Positions 12,461 through 24,802 of a stretch of DNA of 64,000 bases are shown here, one piece after another. Source of the DNA: Camelus ferus (Eukaryota); NCBI RefSeq assembly GCF_009834535.1, contig NC_045697.1:72790001-72854000 (forward strand), read 5' to 3'. The translations under genes and the position numbers were made by a program. The notes under the pieces are model-generated. The model was not told the origin of the DNA. It made no database searches and saw nothing but the letters and a program-made list of their open reading frames with translations. Within the stretch, counting starts at the first letter, position 1. Each line of letters starts with the position of its first letter.

Positions 12461-14544
12461 ATTGTTCTCTTCTCAGTCTTAAGTGGAAATGGAAGGATTT
12501 CACTTAGCAGTAAATATAAGGACAAAATCCATTCCAAATTTTTTTTTTCATTTTTCCTTATGCCTAGGACAGATTATTGGGATGATTTTGTTCAAAATAT
12601 TAGTGTGTATTGCTAAACTTCTGTGTTGAATTTCACCCTTTAAAAAAAATCTACTTGGTTTGAACTGTAATATTGACTTAAAGATAGTAATTCCAAGGAG
12701 GACTCCCCTAGTTAATGTACAGTTCTGTATCAAAGTTATTTTATCTATCTGTCTGTCTGTCAATCATCTATCATCTCTATCTTTGTAATTATTTTAAAAT
12801 TGCATATATATGTTAAATATTAATAAATTGCAAATATGGGAAAATTTTGTTGGTGATGGAGTAGTGCTTCAGAGTTTTTTTTTTTTTCTTTCTTTCTGTT
12901 ATTCCATGGACACGAGTATTAGTAATCTACTCATGAAAAGTAGAAAAGCTTCTGAGACAAGGCATTTTGACTTGGGTCCATTGCCTTTACTCCATACATG
13001 ATCCTCATTCCAACTTTAACTCCCTCTGAACTTGATGTCACTCCATTAGTGATTTCTATACATTTCTTCCCTGTACCCTGAACCCTTCATCTTTCCATTA
13101 ACACTGGACCCTCATCTTTTTCTTTATTTCATCCCTAAACTTAAGAAATTAGTCTCTGACATGGAGTAAACACATCTGTCTTAAACATTAAATGATAATA
13201 AAACCAAGCTAAATATTTTATATTTTAGTCTTCCTAAAATAAAAATGACTGCATTAGTGTTGGTCAAAATAAAATGTTATGTACCCAATAGCTTCAACAG
13301 TTTGTACAAATAGTGTAAAATAATAAAAAAATTATTTTCACTGCCTTTAATGATTCAGGGAACACACTGTACATTGAGTTTCTTTTGAAATGTTACAGAC
13401 AGGAAAGGCTTTGATCATTTGTAATCAGATTAGTGTCTTATGACTTTGATGTATGGCTGGAAGAAAAGGAGACTGTGAAGAGGGTGTGAGCACTTTGTTT
13501 GTGTGAATCGAAATTGATATTATAAAAGGTAACTGGCTCTGTCTGGCAGAAGTAGTTTATTATTTGGCATTGTCACACCTCAAGATAATTTTAGAGTTCC
13601 CTGATGATGTACCATTAGTTTGTTTTTTTCTTTTAACTTGGAAAATAATTCAGCAATTAGTGAGAGAAATTTGTGGATCATTTAGGCCTCCTTGGCCATG
13701 TATACTCTGTTTTCTATCTTTGACTTTTTCTTCTCTTTGGAGAATCCCTATTTATCCTTCAGGATTCAACCCAAGCATCATCTCTTCTATGAAAGTTATT
13801 CTCTATATATCTCTTCTTTCCTCCCAATTTTTCCAGGTAGACACAGGTACTCTCCCTAGACTGTTCCCAAAGTACTTTATAAATATATTCTTTAATCATT
13901 TATTATATTGTAGTGAAATGATCTTTTGGCAAATGTAACTGGGGCTTAGCATTATGAGAATTCAACAAGATACATTCAAAATTATTGATGCTGTATTAAT
14001 CAATGGCGTCTTAGTCATAAATAAGAATTGTCCAAGTAAAAATAGAGAAAACCTGTAAAAAAAAAAAAGTGACTGTATTATAACCCCTGTTCTGATTCTA
14101 TGTTCATCAATAATTGTTTTTCCATGTAGGAAGTTAATATGCTAGTTGGTCAATATTCTGATATATTTGCAAGTTTTCTGTGAGCTTTGCTAACATTACT
14201 TTGCTGTTCTGATTTGGAGTCAGTCCTGGGATACTCCAGACTTAGAGTAAGAACTAGGACTGACATTTATACATCAGGATAACTAGACCTCATAAAACAT
14301 CTTAGCACCTAACTGGTCAGGAACTTCTCTGAAATACTGCATGTTTTGAAATGTTTGGAGGTAGTAGTTCATCCTCTTCAGAACCACCAAATGAAATGTA
14401 TACTATCCACATTTTAAAGATTAAAATATCAGAATGTGTCAGGATTGTTTGTTTCCTAAGGTTATTATCAGAGTCAGAGACAGACCTCTATAGCCTTTAC
14501 TTCACCAAGTTCATGTGGCTGGATCTCACAATCTACTAGTCAAA

Positions 14545-14770
14545 GGCATAGGTAACTTCTGGAGTCAGACCTCCTGAGTTCAAACCTTACTTTCGCCAGT
14601 AGCAAGCTGTGTAATTTGGGCAAGATGCTTGAAATATCTGTGTCCTAATTTCTTTATTAAATTAATTTAATTAACTTATTAATAAATACATTTAGGGATA
14701 ATACCCCATAAGTTTGTGTAAAAATTAATGTACTATATGTGACTTAAAAATATAGACTAAGTGCTATCTA
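14545..14770 (+). mobile_element. MIR SINE
   Basis: tctggagtcagacctcctgagttcaaacc...gctgtgtaatttgggcaag. Confidence 0.75.
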
Positions 14771-16349
14771 TAGGTAATAAAGAGCATGAGGCTGATTGAA
14801 GATGATGATGAATTTTATTTGCTGAAAGCATTAACTTTAAAAAATTTCTTACTAAATTGGACATAGTTTCCTCTTGCCTTCACGCAAATGTTTTCTGTTG
14901 AAAACAGACAAAATAAGAGGAATAAGTTAAGCAATCTCTAAGTCTACATGGAAGGGAAATCTTATGTCCTTGGAATAAAATTATGGACTATTGTGAATGT
15001 TCTATGCCCTAACAGTCATATGCACACTCACATTTTCTGAGGATGATCATAATAATAAATCAAAACATTACAGTTGTCTCAACCCCATTTTGAACAATGA
15101 AATTTCATGTGATCACTGAAGAGTATTAGCAAAGCAAGTATATGATGATTAGGTATTTTTTAGTTGCTTTCACTTTTATCCATACAGGGCTATCCTTAAT
15201 ATTCTGCTCTTCTGTTATCATATGAGATACATGGACCACATTTTATACTTGACCACGATCTCCGTGGACTCTGATGGGCATAAAAGGGAAATGGCTGATT
15301 CAGATTTGCAGAAGTTCCTTTGATTCCTGAGAAAAGTCAGGAGGTGAAATCTAAGAGAAGTTAAGCCATGGAGAAGAAGCAGCCATCTCTTTAAACTTGA
15401 GATGGGGTGATAGATTTTGCAGCCTGGAGAGAACAGCTAGCATGTGTACTTTAGTTTTCATACTCGGGGTCAAAAGAACTTTCAAAGCGGTTGCTTGATT
15501 TTGGTTCACTATGAATTTGGAGCCCCAAGACTGAAAGAAGGTTTCCCATAACCCAAAGACAAAGAAGGCTACTTTCTGTACAATCTTTCTTATATGCATA
15601 CTTACAAAATCTAAAAATAAAATTTTCTGAAATATTTTAATCTTCTATAATAGAAGTTTTATTCTTCAATGTTTACAGGAAATATTAAAATATTTGTTAA
15701 TAACCTAAGAAAGTACAGTACCTTTCAGTATGTAAGCATAAATGATTGAATTGCAGACCAGAATATTAAAGGAAAACTTCTGCATAATTGGTGAAAAATA
15801 AATGTAATTATTAATTATTTTGTATGCTTATACTCATAAGGAGTATTTTTTTCTGATTTTGTATTTTAACATCTATAGTCCATTTGATTCTATACATATG
15901 TTTGTGATGCATGTGTTTTCAGATATGATGTTCATTAAAGTCAGATACTGACATACTCCACTGCCAGGTACACACAATACTTTTCCTCTAGGATTTTATC
16001 ATTACTAAAAACCAGTGCCTGCTCTGTGTGTCCCATTCTTCCTTTTTCTGAATTTGTTTGTAATTATGATTATTCTGTCCCTTCTCCATCATTATACATT
16101 AGATGGAGGATAGGACAGATGGCTTGTCATTTTAGATTGTAGATTACAGTACCAAGAGTAACCCAAGAGTAACCCCATCCAGGTCAGATGGAGAGGGCTG
16201 CGCACTACCTGGATGTCCTGTTCTTTGAGCTGGATGCAGTAACTGCATGCCATTTTGTGATGTGTACAGTGGTGTGTGTGGGGAGGGGTATATTCTGTGT
16301 TCAACACAAATGGTGCACATAGATATTTGGTGGTGAGATGGGTCATCTG

Positions 16350-16720
16350 TGGTAGGGGCTAGACTTCCACTAAAGGGTTATGCTGTCCTCCCATAGTGCA
16401 GTTATTGCTGAGTGGTAGCTACTTAACCAAGGTCTATTTCTCTGGCTCCTTTGCATTTAGGTCTAGCTCTTGTCTGTGGAATATAATTAGGAATCAGACA
16501 TACCCAAACTTGTTTCCTTCATATCTTCCTTGATTCAAGATAACACACTCACTTGGAAGCTGAGTTTTGAAGGTACCAATGCCACAGAAGTAAAGAGCTG
16601 TTTATTGACTCAGAGCTTGGAGGAGAACCACATCTTCTAAAGCAGGAATTCTGTCTTCATACTTTGTGTGAAAAATAAACTGTTTAAGATATTATACTTT
16701 TGGTATTATACATTTAATTG
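16350..16720 (+). mobile_element. MaLR LTR (MLT1-like)
   Basis: ctggctcctttgcatttaggt...aaaaataaactgtttaag 3' LTR signature. Confidence 0.5.
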
Positions 16721-18736
16721 ATCATTACTTAAGCAAATACCAATATGTGTTTAGTATTTAAAAGTCAAATTTGTAAAAGAAATACATTATTTAACTTTTG
16801 TTTTTTGGTGACTTTGAATTGACTATATATTTTATGAGGACTATTTTCAGTTTTTTTCTTTAAATGAATAGTAAACCTGATTTTTAAAACTATTATTCAT
16901 TTTCTAATTGAGGTAGTTAAGCTTCCAACTTTAGCAAATTCATAACAGACTTATGTTTCCATACTATCACTTTGTTCCTTAAATTTTGGAGGACTAAGTC
17001 ATTTGTCCCTCATGTTCTTTCTAGAGCTTTTGAGTTTGCAGACCACTACTCTTTGCCATTCCCACTATTAGTAGTGCAGACCCCACCTTGGGATAATAAA
17101 GGTAGGAATAAAAGCAGAGCAGTGACTTGCGCAGAGGTGATATGGGATAGATGGCTGGATGAGATGCAACATGACAGGATGAAGTAGGATGAGATGGAAT
17201 TCCTGTGTAGCAGCAAGTCTGCTATGGTGAGTAGGGAGATAAATTTCACAAGTTTTTGGGTCACGTTAGCCTGGATGACTGTTCCTAAGCAGAGAAACAG
17301 TGTTATTCTGACTGTTTTTGCAAAACCTTGAAATGAAAGGATAAGGAGCGTTGGCTGGGGGAATTTATGCCCCTCTTCTCATGTCTTTATTGTGTATGCA
17401 GAAAAAGTTTAATTACAGATAGATCCCTCCATTCTTCAATAATTACCTATATTTTTCAAGATTTGCATTTTAGTGTCAATTCTTTGAATACATAAAGTAT
17501 TTTTAAGTATGAAAAACTGTCTTTGAGATGCCTGGATTCTTTCCCTGATACTCAACCTTTTTGAGTCGTTTTCTCTTGCTTAAAACCCTCATACTGTTTC
17601 TCTGATCCTAGGACCCACTGGACCCCCATGAAGTCTGTTGCACTTGGTTTCAACTTGCCTAATTCAGGTTCTCAGTGGCTTCTTAGGTGCTCAGAATTTG
17701 TTGCTATCATCAGTGCATATTTTGAGATCAATTCATTCATCCGTGCATCTTGCAGATTGTTTCTACCCACTACACTTGTGCATCCAAGACTTAATGGTGC
17801 TCTGCTAAATACAGGGTCATGTGCTTTTGGGGTCTGCCTTTTAGGAACACAAAGCTGAGGCTTTACATGTTTTAGTGCTTTCCTTAGTCTGGTGCCTAAA
17901 CATATACTCAAGGGTTGAATTCATTTAAAATGCATTTATCCTCTCAGGCTAACTAGGACTGTCTACAGAAATCCACTCTTAGCATATTTGGAGGTTGGAG
18001 GAAAAGGGAACTCCACATTTGAGACCCCTGGTACAGATGGCATTTCTGATTTAGAACGTAGAACAATATTCTGATGCCTTTTGATTTATACAGTAGAATT
18101 CTCTTCAACATCCTTTCCAATACATTTTAAAATGAACTGTGGGCATCTTGCTATAAACTGAAAAGAACATTTCATTGGTAATAAAATATCAAGTTAATTA
18201 AAAGAGATCTTCAACTTGTCCTCTGAAGTCTCAGACCAGGCAGTGGTTCAAATTCTTGAGTGGGAGACTGGGCCATTCATCACTGCTTGTTTGGCATGTC
18301 AGAGTCACAGGAGTTCCTTTGTAATTTATGCACTGCCTTTATGAATGTGGCATTATATCTAGAAAGTAACTATGTTAATTTCCCCTAATTGTGATATCAT
18401 CTATCTATCAACAGCCAAATATTGTAACCTTTAAAAACCTGTAGCGATTGTTTTTCAAAAGCGATTGCAAGGCATGGTAACACTAACCTTGAGAAAATGG
18501 AGACATTTCCTGTGAATTCATTTAAAATAGAAGTTTCACTCTTTTCCTCAGAATAATATTTAAAAACATTTTATTACTTATGCGGTACATGGTTGTTCAG
18601 GAAAATATGGTTAACACAGAGAAATAAAAGGAAAATTGTACTTTGTGCTTCTAGTAATCATCTACATAACATTTAGATTTTTTTTTTCACTCAAGGCAGT
18701 TATAACAGATATGTGCTATTCTTATTGAACACCTAT

Positions 18737-19235
18737 CTATGTTTGGGGAGTATCCACCTTAAGAAGCAGAACCTGCCTCTATTTTAGTAGCACAAAATCC
18801 AGTACTCATTTTCTGGTGGCCTTGGAGCTAAGGGCAAGCACATAGCTTAGGCTACACCAATCTGATGCAGCCACCCTAGGCTTTGGATTGAAAGCTATTG
18901 AAGCAAAGCAGCATAGATGCAAGAGAACCCATTCCAGTGAGGGCGGTGCCACGGTGGCACCAACATCCAGTTTCCAGAGGCTGAAGCAGCAGTAGTACTA
19001 GTGGCAGCACAAGGTGCCTGGTTTTGGTGCTGAAAGTTTTGCAAGTAACAGTGATTGTGCCCCGCAGTTCTGGTGGCTATGTGGCTGCTTTAATGGTTCT
19101 GGGATGCTGTTTTCTATATTGCCAGTGACTACATGGCCCCAGGCTTATTCTTCCAGCTCTCAGAAGAGAGTTTTTGAGTTACTTAATATAATAAAATTTG
19201 TTTTGACTAAGGTTATCTGAATTTCTTGCAACTAA
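18737..19235 (+). mobile_element. MaLR LTR (MLT1G-like)
   Basis: gccttggagctaagggcaagcacatagcttaggct..ccaatc, catccagtttccagagg, ending ttcttgcaactaa. Confidence 0.6.
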
Positions 19236-19367
19236 ATACACTGAATCAGTGGATTATTCTTTGTCATATGATTGGAATTATATTTCAACATGATTCTGAC
19301 CCTAAGGTATATTCTACCTATGGACCAAGATTTTCTGAAGGAAAGTCTTATGTTTAATTTCAGAGTC

Positions 19368-19677
19368 TTTTGGGTTCCTGGACCCATTTCCAACGTGTGT
19401 ATGTGGGGTCGAGTTGGGGCAATATTTTCCACACAATACCAAACAATTCTCAGACACCAGCAGGGTGTCTGAAAATTCAACTTAATTCAATTCTGATGCT
19501 GTCTACCCAAAGATAGCATCAGATTCCACAGGTAAAGGGCTCAGTCGTACAAGACTGATCCCCCTTTGCCCACCCAACCACCCCCACATACACTTCAGGT
19601 GCCACTCACAAGCCCAGAATGTCACCTGTGATTCTGACCCACTGTCTAAAGATTGGAGGTTCCAATGAACCCCTCCA
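19368..19677 (-). mobile_element. ERV LTR fragment (MER21/MER34-like)
   Basis: gacaccagcagggtgtc, aattcaattctga, gatagcatcagattccacaggtaaagggctcagtc..acaagactg. Confidence 0.7.
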
Positions 19678-19889
19678 TGTTCTAGTTAAACATGCATTGT
19701 ACATCTGCTTTAACCATTAAAGAAAATAATGCATTTAAAAAAATAAAAATAAAAATGGAGTAAAGCATTCAAATGATTCAAGCTTAGAAATGGAGCTGGC
19801 TGGCCATTTGTAGATGTGGTTTCAGACATGCTCCTGCATCACTGAGAACTTGAATTTTTTAAACTGTATCAAACTCAAGGACACAATTA

Positions 19890-21470
19890 ACCATTTTTCT
19901 TGTTACAGGTATTTTGAGATTTCCTATTTATTTTTAAATGTTTATGTAATTTGTGTATTTCTAGGAATTTTTCATTTTGACTAGAGTATCAAATTTGTTG
20001 GTGTGCAATTGTTGATAGTATTCTGTTATAATCCACTTTATTTCTGTAAGGTTAGTAGCAGTGTTCTCACTTGCATTCTAATCTTATTTGCATCTTCTCT
20101 CTTTTTTTCCCTTAACAGTCTGGATAAAAGTTTGTCAAATTTATTGATTATTTCAAAGAATGAATTTTTGGTTTTGTTGATTCTCTTTGTTGTTTCTCTA
20201 TTCTTCATTTCATTTATCTCCACACTAATCTTTATCATTTTTTTCCTCTTAGTAGTTTTGGATTTAGTTTACTCTTATTTTTCTAGTTCCTCAATGTGTA
20301 AAGTTGTGTAATTCATTCGAAATATTTCTTCTTTTTTAATGTTGGTGTTTACAGCTATAAATTTCCCTTTGAACACTACTTCACTATAGCCCATAAGTTT
20401 GGAAATTTGTTTTTGTTTTCATTCATCTGAAGAATTTTCTAATTTTCTTGTAATTTCTTCTTAATCTTTTGATTATTTAAAAATGTATTGTTTAATTTTC
20501 ACGTATTTGTGAATTGTACAGCTTTCCTTTTGCTATTGATTTCTAGTTTCATTCCATTATGATTGGAGAAGATATTTTGTGTGATTTCAGTCCTTTAAAA
20601 TTTTGAGACTTATTTTGTGGTATGACCTTTCCTGGAGAATATTTTATGTAAACTTGAGAAGAATATATGTTCTGCTGCTGTTGTGTGAAGTTTCTGTACA
20701 TGTATGTTAGGTCTAGTTGGTTTATAGTATTTTTCAAGTTCTATATTTCTTTATTATCTGTCTAAATATTCTATTATTGAAAGTGGGGTATTGAAGTCTC
20801 CAGCTATTACTGTAGAGCTTCATTTCTCCCTTCATTTCTGTCAATTTTTAGTTCATATATCTTTGGGACCTGTTGTTGGGTGCTTATATGTTTATAATTG
20901 TTAAATCTTCTTGAAGAGTTGAGCCTTTTGTCAATATATAAAAACCTTCTTTTTCTCGTGTAACAATTTTTGACATAAAGTCTATTTTGTTTATTATATA
21001 TGACATTTTTCCATATTGAGTCATTGCTTGTTGTTTTCAATTTTTTTCTCTTTATCTTTGCCTTTCAGTATTTTCACTTTGAGGTGTCTGGATATAGATT
21101 TTCTTTGTTTATATTACTTGTTCTCTAATTAATTTGTTTTTCAGTAAGTCTGGGAAGTTTTAAAACATATTTCTTCATGAAAATTTTTTGAACCTATTTA
21201 TTTCTCTTCTTTCCTTCCAGTATTCCCATTATGTGTATGTAGGTGTGCTTCATGTTAACTCACTTCTTTCTAAGCCTTTGTTTTCCTTCATTTTATGTTC
21301 TTTAGCTTGCTCAATCTCTATTGCTCTCTCATTAAGTTCACTAATTCTTTGTCTACAAGCTTCAATTTAGTTTTTAATTTCATTTATTTTACTTTTTAAC
21401 TTTTGAATGTCTATTTGGTTCATAATTTTTATCTCTTTATTGATTTTATCTATATTCTTCCTATTATAAT
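19890..21470 (-). mobile_element. Degenerate L1: ORF2 endonuclease/linker plus ORF1 remnant
   Basis: Minus-strand ORF fragments KNTINQLDLTYMYR and IKISVEINEMKNRETTKRINKTKNSFFEIINKFDKLL resemble L1 ORF2p. Multiple frameshifts. Confidence 0.9.
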
Positions 21471-22146
21471 CATCATTACTCATTCAGTATTGTAATTCTC
21501 AGAATATTTGGAATTTTCTCTTTTGATAGTGCACATTCTTTTTAGTGAAAGGCCACAGGTCCTTTGGGGAAAGGCTTGGAGGAATACTTACACTGTATAC
21601 TTGTGCTAGTGTTACAAAGTTCTTCCTCAGGGGAAACTGTCTTCCTCTTTAGTCAATGAACTATGAATGCAGCCTATGTTGTAATTCTGCAACTCACACA
21701 GTTAAATTTTAGAAGTAATTTTTAGTCATATCTGCTCTGTGGTTGCCTGAAAGAAGAGGTTATTTTAGGGCCCTCTTATAATTCTGGTGGTCTTCCAATA
21801 ATTACTTGTGGTAAAAGTTTAAAGCCCTAAGCTCATCCTTTTCATTCTGTAAGTTTTCTAGTGTAGATATTATTAGAAATACTACTACCTCCCCTGCTCA
21901 GTCATTGTAATTAAAATTCCACAATGAATAAGTGTAATTGCTATTCAGTTTTTCAAAGTCTTGCTTTCAGTAGGTCTTTCATCCTAAGTAAACATAGGCA
22001 ATAATTTAACTGATCATGATGGCACTGCATGCCATTGATTATTAATGCCCAATTTTCCATTGATTGGGGGTTCAGATGGTATTCAAGATCAAATACATAG
22101 TTAAACTAAACCAGAATCCTCTGTGACCACTCCTGGTATCAAGTAC

Positions 22147-22740
22147 TGTATCAGTTAAGAGGTCCAGTAAGGGAAAGGTAAATCACATGAAATATTTCAA
22201 GCAGAGATTTTGATTCCACACATGTTAGAAGTCTAAAAGTGCAAAAAAGCAGATGTTTATGTAATGCAGAAATTCATACTTGCTAAGGAATTCTGGTATG
22301 TAAAAAAGAAAGAGGAAATATTACTAGACTCAGAACTCAGAAGAGGGACCTCAGTGGGCTGGTGTTTGGGACTCTGTGAAGATGTCGTAAGTCTTCAGGT
22401 GAGGGAATGTGATGTGGTTGGTATCTGGTTGTTTAAGGGGCACAGCACAGTTGCTACTGCTGTCTTGAAGGGTACATGGAAAGCTCATGCTGGGAGTGTT
22501 AGAAAAAAGTAGAGGTAGGTGTCAACTGTTTGCTGCTGCTGGAATATCACTGGCCAGAATTTCTCTCCTACATTCTGATTTCCTTCTCATGGCTCCCATT
22601 ACAGAACCTAACAGAAGGTCAGGCTACAAGGAAGTCTGGGGAGTGTATTTTACAAAGTCCTTGCTCTGATGTCACAGCAAACAGTATACAAGGGGGCTTG
22701 GTGGTGAGAGACAGTGGAAAATGTTATCTGATATACTCCA
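22147..22740 (-). mobile_element. Old ERVL/MaLR LTR
   Basis: Begins tgtatcagtta; ctcccatt..cagaacctaacagaag...aaggaagtctggggagtgta motifs. Confidence 0.5.
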
Positions 22741-22755
22741 CTATACCTTACACCA

Positions 22756-23490
22756 AAACTTACTTATTCTTTCTTTATTTATTCATTCATTTATTTAATA
22801 AAACTTATTTATTCATTCATTTATTTCCTAATAGAGCTTGTTTATCAATTCAGGGGAGTAGATAATAAATATAATGTTTGAGTAAATTATATGATATTGT
22901 GGAAAATAATAAATGCTATGACGAAATAAAGAGCAGGATGGAGAATTGCAAAGAATAGTTTGGGGTGGGGTTGAGGATTTGCTGTTTTAAATGAGGTAAT
23001 CAGCACTGGGCAAAGATTTGCAGAAAATGATGGGGTTTCTCATGCAGTTATCTTGGTGGACAACATTCTAGACAAAAGGAATAGCCAGTTCCAAAGTCCT
23101 GAGGTTGTGGCACACTTGGCACATGCTAGGAAAGAAGTTAATACATTGGATCCTAGTGCGTGTGGGACAGAAAAACAGAAGAAAGTAATAAGGGCCACAT
23201 CATGAAGGTGCTTCTAGGGCATTGTAAGAATTTTGGCTTTTATTCTGAGTGATATGGGAAGCCATGAGGTTTTAAGCAAAAGAGTGAGATGATGCGATGC
23301 AGTTTTAAAAGAATCATTCTAGTTGCTTTATTGAGAATCAGCTTTAAGGAGGGTGTGAGATGGAGGCTATTGCTATAATCTAGGCAGATGAAGGTAGCTT
23401 GGACCAGGTTTGTAGCCATTGCTATAGTGTGAATCAGTGGAACACTGGATATCTTTTAAGAACTTAGAGGATTTCCGGATGCTTTGAATG
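22756..23490 (-). mobile_element. L2 3' region with duplicated (ATTC/ATTT) tail
   Basis: ttatttattcattcatttattt twice, then cattctagacaaaaggaatagc, ggcttttattctgagtgatatgggaagcca. Confidence 0.7.
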
Positions 23491-24169
23491 TGTAGTGGGC
23501 TGTTGACGATATCTCACTTCCTTCTCTCTTTCCCCCTTCATGATGAGTTGGTGGGACAGGGTAGGGTATGCTTGTATCTAAGTGGGGTTAAGGGGCTGAA
23601 TCAGAGAAGATGTCCTTGCAGCTGGAGGAAATGGAGAGGCGGTGTGGGTCATTGCTGCCTCCTAACATGGAATTGTCCTGGGTATTCTTCCTCAGAGCAC
23701 AGGGGAGGAGGCGGTGAGAGAGCAGTCAGTGATGCTGCCAAGGAAACCTGAAAAGAAACATTTCTGCTTTTTCTCCCTCATCTATTATCTTCTGAAGTTG
23801 AACATTTTTATTCTTCAACCTAAAATGGCTGCATCTTTCCTAAGAAATGAGTTTAGTTGAACATGTCTGAAGCCACTCCTTCTATTAATTGGCCATTTCT
23901 AAGCCTTCCCCTTTACAATTTTCCCTACCCAGGGCCCAGGGACAAATGGCACATTTCCAGAACACGCATAAAATCCATGAGAGCTTGTGCAGACTCTGAA
24001 AACAGCCCAGGGCTATGGGATAGGAGGCTATAAGGCTAGTTATGCCCATCAGAGAGCTTTGGATGGGAACAGGATAATACAGGCAACAAGGGTTTCTTTA
24101 ATCCCTCCAGTCACACAATAATAAGGTGATGTTTTTGAATATTTATTTAATGTTTGACTCTGCCTTATT

Positions 24170-24330
24170 CATGCACCAGCTCATTCAATCCTCACATTAG
24201 CACTTTGAAGAAATTTTCTCTTTTTTGCTGATGAGTTAAATGAGGCTCAGAGCAGAGAATCACTTGCCCCAGGTCCTGCAGCTACCAGATGGTGGGGCTT
24301 AGATTTAAACTTGTCTGTCGATCGTTAAAG
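24170..24330 (-). mobile_element. MIR SINE
   Basis: tcattcaatcctcaca...gatgag..aaatgaggctcagag..cacttgccccaggtc. Confidence 0.75.
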
Positions 24331-24796
24331 CTCTGATGCCATGGCTCTGAAATGCTATGCTCCATACTCAACTACGTGTACTTCTGAGTCTACGTCCCAG
24401 TTCATCTGTTCCTGCTTTCTACTCAGAATATTTCTCTTCATTTTGATACCTTTGCTCCCCATAGATGCTTTTTCTGAATCAAGGTATTTTAGGAAAACTA
24501 GACATTTTTATAAGGAAAAATAAGGGAGGAAGCACAATATAGTTTTGAAGGATGGTTAGGTGAGTGTGTTTAGATAAGACACGACCTTCCAAAACATATG
24601 ATATGTTAACCAGTAGGAAAATATTAGGGCTGCTTTTATTTTTAATATTATTTTTAATGTTCTTACAGGAAAAAGAAGAGAAATCAAATCTGTTATGTAT
24701 TACCACATATATAAAGGATAATGAATGTATTAAACTTACTCTATAATTACCACAACTTAAAAATACTTTATCCACTAGCTACAAACTTTATATACA

Positions 24797-24802
24797 TTTA
24801 TT
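24797..24802 (-). terminator. Candidate distal polyadenylation signal AATAAA
   Basis: Minus strand reads TGTGTACATAAAAAATAAATGTATATAAAGTTTGTAGC, followed by GT/T-rich sequence. Confidence 0.5.

Noticed and set aside
22756..22830. Short direct repeats resembling an array
   Set aside because: Duplicated L2 tail microsatellite, with no repeat-spacer organisation. No CRISPR-like array anywhere in the window.
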